A stretch of DNA of 64,000 nucleotides from Octopus vulgaris (Eukaryota): NCBI GenBank assembly GCA_951406725.2, contig OX597822.1, positions 67,022,001 through 67,086,000 on the forward strand, written 5' to 3'. Position numbers and translations under genes: made by a program. This document shows positions 26,998 through 42,834 of this stretch, in pieces. Within the stretch, counting starts at the first letter, position 1, and each line of letters begins with the position of its first letter. The notes beneath the pieces were generated by a model, which made no database searches, was not told where the DNA came from, and saw nothing but the letters and a program-made list of their open reading frames with translations.

Positions 26998-27444
26998 TTT
27001 CTGAGCGTAATTTGCTTTTGCTTGCCTCCATTTGTCGTCAATACAATTTAATGCATTCTCTTGGATTTGAAAGTTTTTTTCATGAAGACATATTTCCTAT
27101 GTGTTCATTGTTTCCTCATAATCAACATCAAACGATCCGCCACTCATACCATAGCCTTCACATCCACTAGCTGCCTCAGCAATACAAGCAAAATGTCATC
27201 TTTGCCTTACCAGCTCAACTAAAATTTGCTTTACCATCACGTGTCGTAGTATCGCCGTCTCCGATGCATTTCCCAACGTCAGCATTACGTAGAACATGAC
27301 TAATTCGTTCCACTATAACTACAACCACCGTTTCCACACACCATTTTGTTCAACACTTTGACGAATGTGACAAAAACCCTCCTGAAATTTGTTATTTATC
27401 TTATGAATAGTATTTTAGCGTATCTTATTGGTCTTATGCTAAAT

Positions 27445-27630
27445 CGTTAGCACGTCCACAAATTGCTTTTTCTCCAGTTCTTTACGTTCTGACTTCAAAT
27501 TCCGCCTGCTTCATATTTGCCCTTCATACATTCACGATTGACGGAATAAGTATCAATCAGTTAATGTGGATGATATGATCGACAAGTGGCTTCGCCAAAA
27601 TTTTTGGGCCTCACGTCTATAGTAGAAAGA
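27445..27630 (+). mobile_element. Degenerate SINE family B copy
   Basis: CGTTAGCACG...TTACGTTCTGACTTCAAATTCCGCC...TAGTAGAAAG. Confidence 0.65.
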
Positions 27631-27681
27631 ATTATTATTATTGTTGTAGAGATGGAGGTGGGGAGAGAAAGAGAAATTTAT

Positions 27682-28250
<569 letters not shown>

Positions 28251-28259
28251 ATAGTATCT

Positions 28260-28523
28260 GCCAGACTATCGGCTGTGGTTGTACATCGCTGGTTACAATG
28301 CGCTTCAAATTGTCTTATGTTTCGAATGATGCCATACCTCTGGCTAGGTGAGCAGGCTGATATTACTTCTGATCACAAGGCTATTCCAATGCAGGTTTGC
28401 CCATTTACAGCTAAATAGACTGCAGCAAAGTGTTTTACTCAAGAGCACAACAGGTCCGGGAATCGAACTTATAAGTTAACGATTGGTAGTCCCACACCCT
28501 GACCACTAGGCCAACAACCTTCA
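28260..28523 (-). mobile_element. Degenerate tRNA-headed SINE, distinct body
   Basis: Minus strand TGAAGG..TGGCCTAGTGGTCAGGGTG...GTTCGATTCCCGGACC..TTGTGCTCTTGAG. Confidence 0.65.
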
Positions 28524-29057
28524 GATGCATGAGGACATATAACAAATACGTGTGTATGTACATATGGCGAATTGCCCGTCGAATGGTTGGCCACTTACAA
28601 ATATTAGAAGTTTTAAATGCAATGTCTCATACATCATAAATCGTTTATACGATCACCGACATAGGCAAAGCTGGGAACATAATAATCTATGAATCCTCAA
28701 TCAAAGTGTTCTCAAAATTACATATGAGATTACTTAGAAGCATGAGAATGTAATTATGCCACGCCTCTAGACAGCGAATTCTTGGTATTGGGAAATTGCT
28801 CATTTATGCATTGTAGGCCGATTTAGTGATGAATGCATGGACGCTGCTGGTGGTGGTTAAGGAAAAGCAATTAATACACTAGTTCACGCAAAGAAATGCA
28901 TTTTAATTACAGTCAAAATGTTGAGTTGGAGGAATTTTTTGCTTGTTGTGTGACATGCAGCGCGATCAACACTCATCGCATTGACATGCCATATTATATA
29001 TCAGGCATGCAAACGGATGTTAATAATTTCATCTGGCTCACTGAACTTATATGTATG

Positions 29058-29142
<85 letters not shown>

Positions 29143-29357
29143 GTATGTATGTATGTATGCATGTATGTAAGTATATATGTATGCATGCATTTAAGTATGT
29201 TTACGTGTATATTTCTATGAATATATGTATACATGTATGTATTTATGTATGTATATGCGCGTCTGTACATATTTATATGTGTGAGTGTGTGAATACCTAA
29301 ATACACATATGTATACGTATGCACATAACTATATATATAGATACATATATATGGCCA

Positions 29358-29394
<37 letters not shown>

Positions 29395-29403
29395 AAGAGA
29401 GAG

Positions 29404-29443
<40 letters not shown>

Positions 29444-29446
29444 GTA

Positions 29447-29490
<44 letters not shown>

Positions 29491-31361
29491 CACGCTCAGA
29501 CACAAAGATACAGACGTACAGACACACACACATGCACAATCACAAACATACAAATGCTCTCACTTCCACACATCTATTCACATATTCTTTTACAAGTCTC
29601 AGCTATTGGGCTTTGGTTATGCAACTAATTATTTCTGTCGTTATTGTGATTTACATTATCGGTAGAACGGAATCTCCATTTATGAATGGTCTACACCAGC
29701 AAAGGATCTCTCTATGAGACATTTTCGAAAGCAATACAGAAATCTCTTGAAACACATTTCACTAAAAGTCATGTGTATATCTATCAATGTGGAGGCACAT
29801 GGCCTAGTGGTATAATTTATAATCGCTTAATATAAGCGCTCAACGTCTTATTATTTGGGTTTCTTTTTATCATTTCCTCCCGCACTGGCTGGAGCATAAC
29901 AGAAAGGCTTCTCAGACTTCGGCAGGGTTACAATGTTTGCAATAGAGGGAATTAAGCCTAACCCCACTCGGACTACAGAATACAGATAAAGAAGCGAAAA
30001 GTGTAATATATATACATATGCAGACTATCTCTCTCTTTCTCTTCCTCTTTCTCTTTCTGTCTCGTACATACACACACGTCTGTATGGGAAATAAGTTTTA
30101 TATGTACTAATTCAATGAGCAGTATGTATAATTCAATATATATATATATATAAAAATCCGGGATCTGGAATTATCCAGTATTTTTTTTTTTTTTTTTTGC
30201 TAGTTTATTTTATCCTTTTGTCTTCTCTCCTAGTGCTCTATGAACATTTAATGTGGTTTTAGAGTCAAGTTTTGGCTGCTATTTCAAGCGTGGTGGTATC
30301 TCTTAGACACCCTAAATTCTAATTTTAATAATAATTATTACCTTTGAAGGCTTTTATTCCCATACTGGCCACTTGATAAAATCGATATTTAAATTAACGA
30401 TCTTATCCTCATTTATATAAATTTATATATATATATATATATCACTTTCTTTCTCTCCTCTGTCTCCTCTCCCCCGATGACTCTCTATCCGTCTTTCTAT
30501 CACTCTCCGTCTCTTTCTCCCTCCCTCTTTCTCTTCTTCCTTTTTGTCTCTTCCTTTCTCATATGTCGGTGTTTGCGTGTGTATGTGTTTGTGTGCATGT
30601 GTTTGTGTGTGTGTGTTAACATATACGTGTCTTTGCACTTTCAGTTTTGTGTATATGTGGTTGTTTGGAAGTGTGCATATATACCATGTGTATGCATACG
30701 TCTCTTTACATGTTTGAACATAATTGCGTATGCGATTGTATGCATCGTATATGCAATGCATATGCGTGTGTGTGTGAGTGTGTAAGTCCGTGCGTTCTTG
30801 TGTATACGTATGTGTGCATGCGTGTGTGTGTGTATGTGTGTGTGTGCATGTGTGTGTGTGTGTGTTAAGAACCGTAAAAATAGTATGGTAGAGCCAATGA
30901 TAAGAGAAAGAACAGATGCGCAAATCATATTGTCTTCTCTACGCAGCCGTTTCATGAACGAGAATTTAAAACTCTAAAAATCACAAACCCCTTATCTATT
31001 GCTGTGTTATTACAACGATAAAATAAACAAAATAACAGATTGCAGTGGGCTGCTATTGTTGGAACCGTGACCGTGCTGTCTTTATTTTCAGACTTTGATT
31101 ATCAAGCAATATACTATCCAACGCTTCGTTCCTGATTTAAGACGACGGGGTGTGGTTTCAGGAAATTTCTGTAGTTATCTTCTATCATGTAGAAGCACCA
31201 AGCAGAACGTTCTTCCTAGATTCAGTATGTTAGTATTATTAAGTAGTTGTTGTTCGGCTCTAATTACGCCATGATTGTAACACCTGTGATCAAAGTTATC
31301 CAAAACATGAACACCCTGCTTTATTTTTAAGTGAAATGTATTTATAGGCGCAGGAGAGGCT

Positions 31362-31750
31362 ATAGGCGTAGGAGTGGCTGTGTGGTAAGTAGCTTGCTAA
31401 CCAACCACATGGTTCCGGGTTCAGTCCCACTGCATGGCATATTGGGCAAGTGTCTTCTGCTATAGCCTCGGGACGACCAAACCCTTGTGAGTGGATTTGG
31501 TAGACGGAAACTGAAAGAAGCCCGTCGTATATATGTATATATATATGTATGTGTGTGTCTGTGTTTGTCCCTGTAGCATTGCTTGACAACCAATGCTGAT
31601 GTGTTTACGTCCCCGTCACTTAGCGGTTCGGCAAAAGAGACCGATAGAATAAGTACTGGACTTACAAAGAATAAGTCCCGGGGTCGATTTGCTCGGCTAA
31701 AGGCAGTGCTCCAGCATGGCCGCAGTCAAATAACTGAAACAAGTAAATAA
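31362..31750 (+). mobile_element. SINE family A, full length
   Basis: tRNA-like head with GGTTCAGTCCC B-box, short internal (TA)/(TG) tract, complete 3' half. An 18-bp duplicate of the 5' end precedes it at 31344-31361. Confidence 0.92.
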
Positions 31751-32059
31751 AAAAAAATATATTTACTTTATATAATAGGTCCTTCTGGTTTTGTTTAAGA
31801 GGTGGCGGGGTGCCAGTTTATCGAAGATTTGATTGTTAGACCATTGCTAAAGAGTCCGACAATAGTTCGTCTTTAGCCCATCGCCGTCCATGATGAAAAG
31901 GATCTTGAATCGACGAAAAACTACAGCTAAAACAGAAAATGAACATAGGAATACCAATTTAATTACGTATAGACGGAGGCGTAGGTGTTGTGTGTAAGAG
32001 ATTACATAATTCCAAAGCAACATTATCTTAAGGTTTATTAGAGATCACCTTTTCTCTTT

Positions 32060-32498
32060 TATCTTTTGCTTGTTTCAGTCATTAGACTGCAGGCATAGTG
32101 GGGCACAACCTGTTTTTTTTTGGGGGGGGGGGGAGGGGAGGCGAGGGGTACTTGAATGAATCGACCCCAGGACTTTTCTTGTGGGGAGAATGGTACTTAC
32201 TGTATTGGTTCACTTTTAACAAACCACTATATTACGGGTACGAAAACACACCAACACAGGTTGTCAAGCGGTGATGAGGACAAACAATGACTTAAAGACA
32301 GACACACACAAATGTACACATATACATATATAAGACGGGCTTCTTTCAGTTTCCGTCTACTAAATCCATTCACAAGACTTTGGTCGGTGATTGGCTATAA
32401 TAGAAGACACTTGACCAAGATGCCACTTAGTGGGACTGAACCATGACCCGTGCGGTTCGGAAGCAAGCTTCTTGCCATACAACCATTCCTGTGCCTAC
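32060..32498 (-). mobile_element. SINE family A, diverged full-length copy
   Basis: Reverse complement of both halves. Confidence 0.85.
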
Positions 32499-32727
32499 AT
32501 AGTATTATTTTCTTCTCACTGGGATCATATATGATATATCACTTCAATACTGAATTCAGATATACCGAATGCAAACAGCATACGAACTACACAAGATATA
32601 AGTGTATGCATATATGTACATATGTATTTTTGTATAGATACGCTTATACACATATAGAGATATGTGACTGTGTGAATATTTAAAAAGAGTATATTTACTC
32701 TATTGTAACCATGATGATTATAGATAC

Positions 32728-32783
<56 letters not shown>

Positions 32784-32827
32784 GACACATAGCCATAAAT
32801 ACATTCATACATACACACACACCTCCC

Positions 32828-32983
<156 letters not shown>

Positions 32984-32984
32984 C

Positions 32985-33019
<35 letters not shown>

Positions 33020-33359
33020 GTGCTTACAATATAGTAATATCAAATAGAGTATTTTTAAAATAAAACAGCAGGTATATATTTATACTACATTTTCTCTTCC
33101 GTATTTATCTTGCAAATTTGTCAAATATTTTCTTTAAATTTAATTACTTTAGCTTCGTAGGGGAAATATTCGAATTTCTTTCTTTTTCTTTCCTTTGTTT
33201 TTATTTTCTGTTTGTTTGTTTTTTTTGTTTTGTTTTTTTGTTTTTTTGTAACTACAAAACCATATGATTGCAATTGATCAATATTTTTGTACTGCTTTGA
33301 TAGTAATTTCAACCATTCAGTTTTCCTTCGTAGAATAAGTTCAATGAGGACATCTTAAT

Positions 33360-33391
<32 letters not shown>

Positions 33392-33775
33392 CCGCACGCA
33401 GCACAGGACACATACACGAATACACACAGATACACACAGACAATGCATATATATAATGTGCGGGGGTGTATGTGTGTGTGTATATGTGTGTGTAGGGGGG
33501 CGGTGTATGCGTGAGTTAATAAGTGTATGTGTGGGTGTGTCTCAGACATTGTAAAATATCCAAATTACAGAAATGACGCTCAGTTATAATTTAAGCTAGT
33601 GAATAGCAATTTCGAACTGAAATTTTAATGATTATTCTTACAAGTGCTTCAGCTTCTATAAATCACAACCATTTCACTGATAACGACAACAAGCACACGA
33701 GTAATTTCAGAATATTCGAAAGCGTTATTATAACCATTGATAATTGTTTTCTTATTTCAAATTTGAATCACGCTA

Positions 33776-33820
<45 letters not shown>

Positions 33821-33821
33821 C

Positions 33822-33855
<34 letters not shown>

Positions 33856-33941
33856 GATATAAATATACAAACACACACAGACACACACACACACATATAT
33901 ATATACATGTATGTATATACATATTTAGTTTGAATTTAGAT

Positions 33942-34080
33942 AAGAACAAAAGACGAAGACAGGTGTATTAGTTTAACACTCGGGAAGGGGAGAAAGGGCC
34001 TACGCTCTTCATTAGGAAGAAACGCGATGAAATAAACAGAGGGAGAATAAGAAAAACTTTTGGAGCTAGCGGTCAATCAT
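33942..34080 (-). mobile_element. Degenerate copy of the 20569-20780 repeat
   Basis: AACAAAAGACGAAG.CAGGTG...GCCTACGCTCTTCATTAG...GAGCTAGCGGTCAATCAT. Confidence 0.6.
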
Positions 34081-34082
34081 AA

Positions 34083-34130
<48 letters not shown>

Positions 34131-34209
34131 GTGTGTGTGTATATATATATATATGTATATATATATACATATATTTTCATACATATATATATATACACAC
34201 ATATATATA

Positions 34210-34308
<99 letters not shown>

Positions 34309-34311
34309 ATG

Positions 34312-34551
34312 TGTGAAGGCATGTGGCTTAGTGGTTAGGGTGTCAGCACCATGATCGTAAGATTGTCGTTTCGATTCCTGGACTGGGCGACGCATTATCT
34401 TCTTGAGCAAAACACTTCACGCTACTCCAGTCCACTCCGCTGGCAACAATGAGTAACGCTGCGATGGACTGGCACCCCGTCCAGCTGCGGAACACATACG
34501 CCATTCAAACCGGGAAACGGGGCCCTTGAGCTTGGCTAGGCTTCAAAAGGG
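34312..34551 (+). mobile_element. tRNA-derived SINE family D
   Basis: Paralog of 24462-24702. Confidence 0.85.
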
Positions 34552-34563
34552 CTTATTTTATAT

Positions 34564-34609
<46 letters not shown>

Positions 34610-34618
34610 GTGTGTGTA

Positions 34619-34671
<53 letters not shown>

Positions 34672-35219
34672 GGAGAGAGAGTAAGAAGAACAGCGAATGA
34701 GAAGGAGAAAGAGTGTGCGTGTATGAGAGAGAGACAGAGAGAGACACAGAGAATGACAGAGAGAGACAGCTAGCCAGACAACCAGACAGACAGACAGAAA
34801 AAAATATACACAATGTAGATACCTTGACCGGTGTGTTAATTGATTCGTTACTTAATTGCCTGGTTTCTACAGTACAAATTTATGGACGAAAATTCAACAT
34901 TATAAATTTCAAAGTTTACAAATCCAATTTGTAGACCCGTCGTAAATAAGCCAAGGATCCTAGGGAATTACAAAGGTGTAATATCATTCACTTTGATATA
35001 CTTCGTAAGAAATGCTACGTGCAAAGCACTTTAGATTTTCTTGTCATTCGAAGCTGATTCATTAGAAACGAGATGGAATTTGCCCAATGTTAGATGCAAG
35101 CAATTTTCTCCCGTTGCTGATGTCTAATTGCAAATAATACGTCATTCGTGGCATTACAGACTTTAGTAGCTCCATAGTTTATAACCAGTTTCACTTGATT
35201 TACATACACGCGTGTGTTT

Positions 35220-35785
<566 letters not shown>

Positions 35786-36762
35786 AATCTCCTCAGCTGA
35801 TGTACCAAGAAATCATTCTTAATAAATTTGGAATTACAACACAATTTTGGTGAAGTCATTTATCATTCTCGAATATGAAGTGTTGCCATTACACGGTTGC
35901 TTATTGAAATATATATATTACTAGTAAGACGTAGAACAAAACAAAGCATTCAGGCACATTAGCAATAACAGATTTCCTTACAATCGATGAAATCCCTTTT
36001 GAACAGTTGTCAATCCCCTGTGAAATATCTTCATCCTTTCAATGGTAAGAAATTTAAAAACTGTAGTAGCCATACTCTCACCATTTTGATGACATGCTTC
36101 GTTGGTAGACTAGATCAAGCTGTTACCCGGCTGAAGAAAAGAAAATTGCATTTCCATACGACGAACTAGCATGAATTATTTCATCATTTACACAGTTTGA
36201 GAGACGGGAAAAGTGTATTTTGTTTGGCTTTATATTAAAAGAGAAATATTTTTTCTGTTGTCGCTAGTTCACCTCAGATCAGCCCAAAATGGACAGATTT
36301 AAGATCAAACACACATGGGGCTGCTATTGTCCCTTTTTTTTTTTTTACTTCTTTCTTTTGTATTACATTTTGTATTCCAACTTCGGAATTGACGATTTAA
36401 GAGAGATTTTGTTAATATGCTTAGCAATCCGACCGAGATCATCCCTCTATGAATCAAAACTACACTGGCATAGAACTATACCTTTTCAATATTTGAACTA
36501 TTTTTCATTTCAAAGCTAATTTTTTCTCCTCCCAATTTTACTATACTTTATGAATTTCATGCAGAATATGTAAATCAGTATGTAGTCTCTCGAACTATTT
36601 CGATAGTCAAAGAATTATATGTCCTTGAACTAGTTGCCTTCTGGTGATTGTTTTCTTATGTTTTTCTCTCTCATCAGAATTTTTGGTGGGGTGATGTATT
36701 GGTTGTAAATACTGTCTTTCAGACTTTCGGTTAAGACTTTTAAGACTTCGTAAAAATGGAAC

Positions 36763-37169
36763 ATAGGCGCAGGAGTGGCTGTGTGGTAAGTAACTTGCTT
36801 ACCAACCACATGATTCCGGGTTCAGTCCCACTACGTGACACCTTGAGCAGGTGTCTTCTACTATAGCCTCGTGCCGACCAAAGCTTTGGTAGACGGAAAC
36901 TGAAAGAAGCCCGTCGTATATATGTATATGTATATATATCTGTCTGTGTGTTTGTCTCTGTATGTTTGTCCGCCCAACATCACTTGACAACCGATGGTGG
37001 TGTGTTTGCCTCCCCGTAACTTAGCGGTTCGGCAAAAGAGACCAATAGAATATGTACTAAGCTTACAAAGAATAAGTCCTGGGGTCGATTTGCTCGACTA
37101 AAATGCGGTGCTCCAGCATGGCCACAGTCAAATGACTGAAACAAGTAAAAGAGTAAAAGAGTAAAAGAG
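36763..37169 (+). mobile_element. SINE family A, full length
   Basis: Head ATAGGCGCAGGAGTGGCTGTGTGG; tail (GTAAAAGA)x3. Confidence 0.92.
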
Positions 37170-37849
37170 TTTCCCGAATGTGTACCAATTCAAAGTAATG
37201 CACCGTCTTATTTCTTTTTGTTCATACGAGAGTGCTGTTTTTGTTTAACTGATTTATATAGAGATGTGTCTCTCTCTCAATGGTTATTTCTGCACATCCA
37301 CTAAGAGACTCATATTTTTGCTTAGAAGTATATTTCTTTCTTTTTAGATATCAACTATTAACACTTAATGTTACATCTACCTTTCTGTTTACAGTTATTT
37401 CATTTTATTAACATAGCGACAACGAGCTGTATTAGTTGTACTCAGAGTATGATTGTAACAGCTAAGAAATGAATAAAAAAAAGCAGAGAGGATACGTCTA
37501 GATCAACTAGAAAAGAAACATAAGTGAACGACGAACAAAACGGTAGGGTGGATAATTTAGATAGATTTGAGAAACACTGTAGACCGAAAATGGAAAACTG
37601 TGGATGAATAAAGGAGTATGTTTATCAGACTCTGCAGTCGGGAAACAGTAGGTGAGTTGCCTGATATAGACGTACAACCAAACATAAAGATATAGGCACA
37701 CACATACGCGTGCTCACACACTTACACACACACATTCCAATCTGAGAAAATATGTCGGACTGTAGTGCGTGTGTATACGTTTATACACAAACGACAGACC
37801 GTCTCTATCTCTCTTTCAACTTGCGTATCTCTCCCAGTTTTCTCTCACA

Positions 37850-37891
<42 letters not shown>

Positions 37892-37944
37892 CTCACTATC
37901 TCCCTCTCTCTCTCTCTCTCTTCACATATATATTCTTTCTTTTG

Positions 37945-38144
37945 TTCTTTATTCTTTTGTTTCAGTTATTTGACTGCGGCCATGCTAGAGCACCGTCTTT
38001 AGTCGAACAAATCGACCCCAGGGCATATTCTATGTAAGCCTAGTATTTATTTAATCGGTCTCTTTCGCCGAACCGCTAAGTTATGGGACGTAAACACACC
38101 AACATCGGTTGTCAGGCGATGGTGGACAAAACAAACACAGACAC

Positions 38145-38213
<69 letters not shown>

Positions 38214-38388
38214 CATACATATACGACAGGCTTCTTTCAGTTACCGTCTAACAAATCCACTTACAAGGCCTAGGTCAACGTAAGATTATAGTAGAAGACA
38301 CGTGCGCAAGGTGCCATGCGGTGGGACTGAACCCAGAACAATATGGTTGATAAGCAAACTACTTACCACACATCCACACCTGCACCTG
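37945..38388 (-). mobile_element. SINE family A, full length
   Basis: Reverse complement of both halves with internal (CA)n(TA)n. Confidence 0.88.
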
Positions 38389-38448
<60 letters not shown>

Positions 38449-39121
38449 CATATATATAGGTATGTATGCATTTTATGCATGTATGTATGTATTTTGTATG
38501 TATATGCATGCGTCTGCACTGATTTATGTACTTAAAACAAGGATTACAACAAATCATATCCAGAAATTTTCGTTTGATCCGCTAACAAGTCGACTGCACA
38601 CAATTATGCAATCTCACATTTCAAATCCTGCAATATTAATATTCCAAAGATCTGGCTTACGAATATCTTTAATTAAGTTTAGTCACTGTCTCTCTCTCAG
38701 TCACTGTCACTCACTCATTCTCTCTCTCTTTCACTCTTTCTCTCCGTCTCCCCATCTCTCTCTCATTCTCTCTCTCCCCCTTTCTCTCTGTCACCCCCTT
38801 CTCTCCCTCTCTCTCTCTTTCTCGGGATTATTTTGTCTCTGTTTTGTCTTTTTTACTAATTGCTCAATTTAATTGTTTCCAAGATCTATTTCATCCTTAT
38901 ACATATATATATATATACTGTATATATCTTTGTACATGTATATATATATGTATATATATAAATATATATGTGTATATATATATATATATATATGAATATT
39001 TATTTATGTATTTCTTTATTTATATATTTGTATATATGTGTATACATATATAATTTTCCTTTTTTTTTACTTGTCTCAGTCATTTGAATGTGGCCATGCT
39101 AGAGCACCGCCTACATACATG

Positions 39122-39204
<83 letters not shown>

Positions 39205-39489
39205 CTATCAGGATCTTGCCTCCATGATTGCCTTTATATAATTTTTATACTTCTTGTGCAATTCTAAATATTTTTTTTTCCATATATTACCTTCTTTTAA
39301 TTCCACTTCTTCAAAATTTTCATACTCGTTTAATAGGCTGTAATACTCTCTTTATAATTTTTAACATTTACTCCAACAACAGGATACTCTCTCACCACAT
39401 TACTCTCTCCCTCCATCCCGCATTGCCATTTCTCTACTTATGTAATGCAGACATATATACATATACATACATATATATGTTTATGTATG

Positions 39490-39547
<58 letters not shown>

Positions 39548-39769
39548 TATATATACATATATATAAATATATATATATATAGGTATGTCTATGTATATGT
39601 ATATAAATGTTTGTGTGAATATATATGAATGTATATATTTGTATATATATATATGTATGTGTATATAGGTATATATAAACATGTGTGGGGGCTGTGGGAG
39701 CGGTATATAGTGTAGCAGGTGCATATAGGAAATATGTACATACACATAGAGGTGTATTTGTGAGTATAC

Positions 39770-39813
<44 letters not shown>

Positions 39814-39814
39814 G

Positions 39815-39846
<32 letters not shown>

Positions 39847-40289
39847 CGTATATGATGAACAATTCGTAGATCAATCCTTCACATCCATCATTCCAGTATA
39901 ATTACTGCTTCCATCAAGCCAACTCTATAGAGTGTAATGAAGCTTTACCGTTAAGAAAATTCTCATTTGAAAAGCACTTCGATAACTATCCAATCAATAC
40001 TTTTTGTTTGTTTTTTTGTTTTTGTTTTTTGTTCTTAGTAAAGGTAAGTTAATTTTCATTATTTCTTCTACATAGTTGCTCTCACTATTTCGCAACTCAA
40101 ACACTAACTATTATTGTTTCATTTTCATCGTCGTCCATCCTCAACATCACCACCACCAACCACCACCACCACTACCATCATCATCATTATCATCATCATC
40201 ATCATAGTCATCGTCATTATTATCATCTTTAATGATGATTATTTCAAAATTCCCGCGTCCCTACTACTCGACTGCCACTCATTTCAGTT

Positions 40290-40652
40290 TCGACCCCGAA
40301 AGTAAGTCAAAGTCGACCTCTGAGGAATTTGAACTCAGATCGTAAAGACGGATGAAATGCCGCTGAGCATTTCGCTAGGCATATTAAAGTTTCTGTCAGT
40401 TCGCAGTCTCAGTAATAATAACAATTATTGCTATTTTTGTTATTTCAAATTTTTGCCACAAGGGCAGGTTGGGAGAGGTGGGAATGAACCGATTACATCG
40501 ACCCCAGTGTTCAACTGATACTTATTTTATCGACCCCGAAAGGATGAAAGGCAAAGTTAACCTCGGCAGAATTTGAACTCAGAACGTAGCGGTAGACAAA
40601 ATACGGCTACGCATTTCTCCCGGCGTGCTAACGATTCTGCCAGCTCGGCGCC
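40290..40652 (-). mobile_element. Two SINE family B copies
   Basis: About 40290-40410 (partial) and 40455-40652, containing TCGACCCCGAAAGGATGAAAGGCAAAG and GAATTTGAACTCAGA. Confidence 0.85.
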
Positions 40653-40686
40653 GGAAAGTAATATTTATTCTTGCTATTTTCGTTGA

Positions 40687-40703
40687 TACTGCCACTGCTG
40701 CTT

Positions 40704-40770
<67 letters not shown>

Positions 40771-40841
40771 AGCTACTACTACTAATGCTACTGCTACTAC
40801 TATTACTACAGCTACTACTAATGCTACTACTACTACTACTT

Positions 40842-40893
<52 letters not shown>

Positions 40894-41180
40894 CAATGCT
40901 TCTTCCAGTACTACTACTACTACTAATGCTGCTGACTGCTACTACTACCGCTGCTGCTTCTACTACTACCACTAATACCACTACTACTGGTGCTGCCGCT
41001 GTTACTACTACTACTACTGTTGTTGTTGCTGCTTCACTACTACTACTACCACTGCTGCTTCAGCTACTACTACTACTACTACTACTACTACTGTTGCTGT
41101 TGCTGCTTCACTACTACTAGTACCACTGCTGCTTCACTACTACTAGTACCACTGCTGCTTCAACAACTACTACTATTATA
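40687..41180. repeat. (CTA)n/(CTG)n trinucleotide field
   Basis: Visible arrays. Confidence 0.92.
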
Positions 41181-41535
41181 ACCACTGGTTTATTTTCAAA
41201 CGGGCAAATCTAAGCATGATAAACTCCGAGAGCCCATTCAAGTTCAGATGGTAAGTGCTTGTCCATAACAAAGAAAATAAATAAATAAATAAATAAAATG
41301 ACAGTATTAAAAAGTAACAAAGAATTTTTTTTTTAAACAAAGCAAAAAGAGGCAAGAAAGATATCAGGAAAGCATTCGATATTTCATTAACTAAATAAAC
41401 TTGTGCTGACGAAGATCAATAGAATCTTCATTTATTCATTAGTGCTAATGAAAATGATTAATTTACTGAATCAATTATGAAATCTTCTTATCGAATTACT
41501 ATTAGTGTTGCATGTTACTGTTGTTGATATTTCCG

Positions 41536-41550
41536 TTATTATTATTATTG

Positions 41551-41614
<64 letters not shown>

Positions 41615-41643
41615 CCTTATCCTCCTCATCATCATCATCCTTA

Positions 41644-41675
<32 letters not shown>

Positions 41676-41704
41676 CCTTATCCTCCTCATCATCATCATC
41701 CTTA

Positions 41705-41739
<35 letters not shown>

Positions 41740-41759
41740 CATTATTATTATTATTATCA

Positions 41760-41848
<89 letters not shown>
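41536..41848. repeat. (TTA)n field with a higher-order ~61-bp duplication
   Basis: TATCCTTATCCTCCTCATCATCATCATCCTTATTATTT occurs twice within the ATT array. Confidence 0.9.
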
Positions 41849-41941
41849 GCAACGTTATTGAGATTACGTTATGGTGTTATTACTTTTATTATGAGGTAAT
41901 TATTATTAAATGATGATGATGGCAATGATGTTGTTCATCAA

Positions 41942-41975
<34 letters not shown>

Positions 41976-42446
41976 GTGACCATTACCATCATCATTATCA
42001 CCATCAACGATATCATCATTATGTTGTTACATTAATTTTTCTTTCATTTTTTTTTGTTCCGCACGAAAAACTAATAATAGATTTATTATTACGTATGAAG
42101 TTTGCTACGCACAAACCTAAGGATGCGTAAGACTAACTAAATCAACCTACCTGAAGATAACTGTAGAGTAGTCTGAATCTAACAAGGATATGACAATAAT
42201 TAAATAATAATTACAAGGAAGATGGTATTGCGGTGACGGTGGTGGGGGGGGTGATATGGATGACCGCGCTGATGATAATGTTGAAAACGATTTTGATGAG
42301 AAGAATCAAGATGTATATATATTATTAGAATTTTATGATTCTTCGAAGCGTAATAGTTAAATAACTCTTTCCCACTTCCTTACAAATTTCTTTGTGTAAG
42401 GATTCAATAAATCTCCTAAAATTTTGGGTTGTAGGGCTTCATAGTA

Positions 42447-42660
42447 TGAAGGTGCATGGCTTAGTGGTTAGGGTTTTGGATTCGTAATTGTGGTTTCAAT
42501 TCATGTACCGGGTGATGCGAAATATTTTTGAGCAAATCATTTCATTTCACATTAGTCCAATCAGCTAGTAAACAGGAGTAATCCTGCCGACAGACCGGAC
42601 TCTCCTCCAGGGACGAGTATGTACGCCAGAGAAATGGGGAAACTGGCTCATTGCGGAGTA
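42447..42660 (+). mobile_element. Degenerate SINE family D copy
   Basis: TGAAGGTGCATGGCTTAGTGGTTAGGG...TTGAGCAAA...CCTGCCGACAGACCGG. Confidence 0.7.
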
Positions 42661-42834
42661 ATGCAGATCGATTTCCGGTCAATTCGTCAACGACAATTTG
42701 ACGTCGTTTAATTTCTCCCCAGGTCAATTCGTCGTCAGTCAATTCGTCGAGATCATAGAAAAAATGGAAGAACGAATATCTGAATTAAAAGATGTTTATT
42801 TTAAGGTTTGCTGTCTAATATTTATTTTTTCATA

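Noticed and set aside
40579-41181. Mucin-like poly-Thr ORF and its overlaps
   Set aside because: (CTA)n microsatellite; the ORF starts inside a SINE.
41200-41256. Strong donor ATG|GTAAGT suggesting an exon
   Set aside because: No upstream acceptor is visible; the preceding sequence is microsatellite and the peptide is unrecognised.
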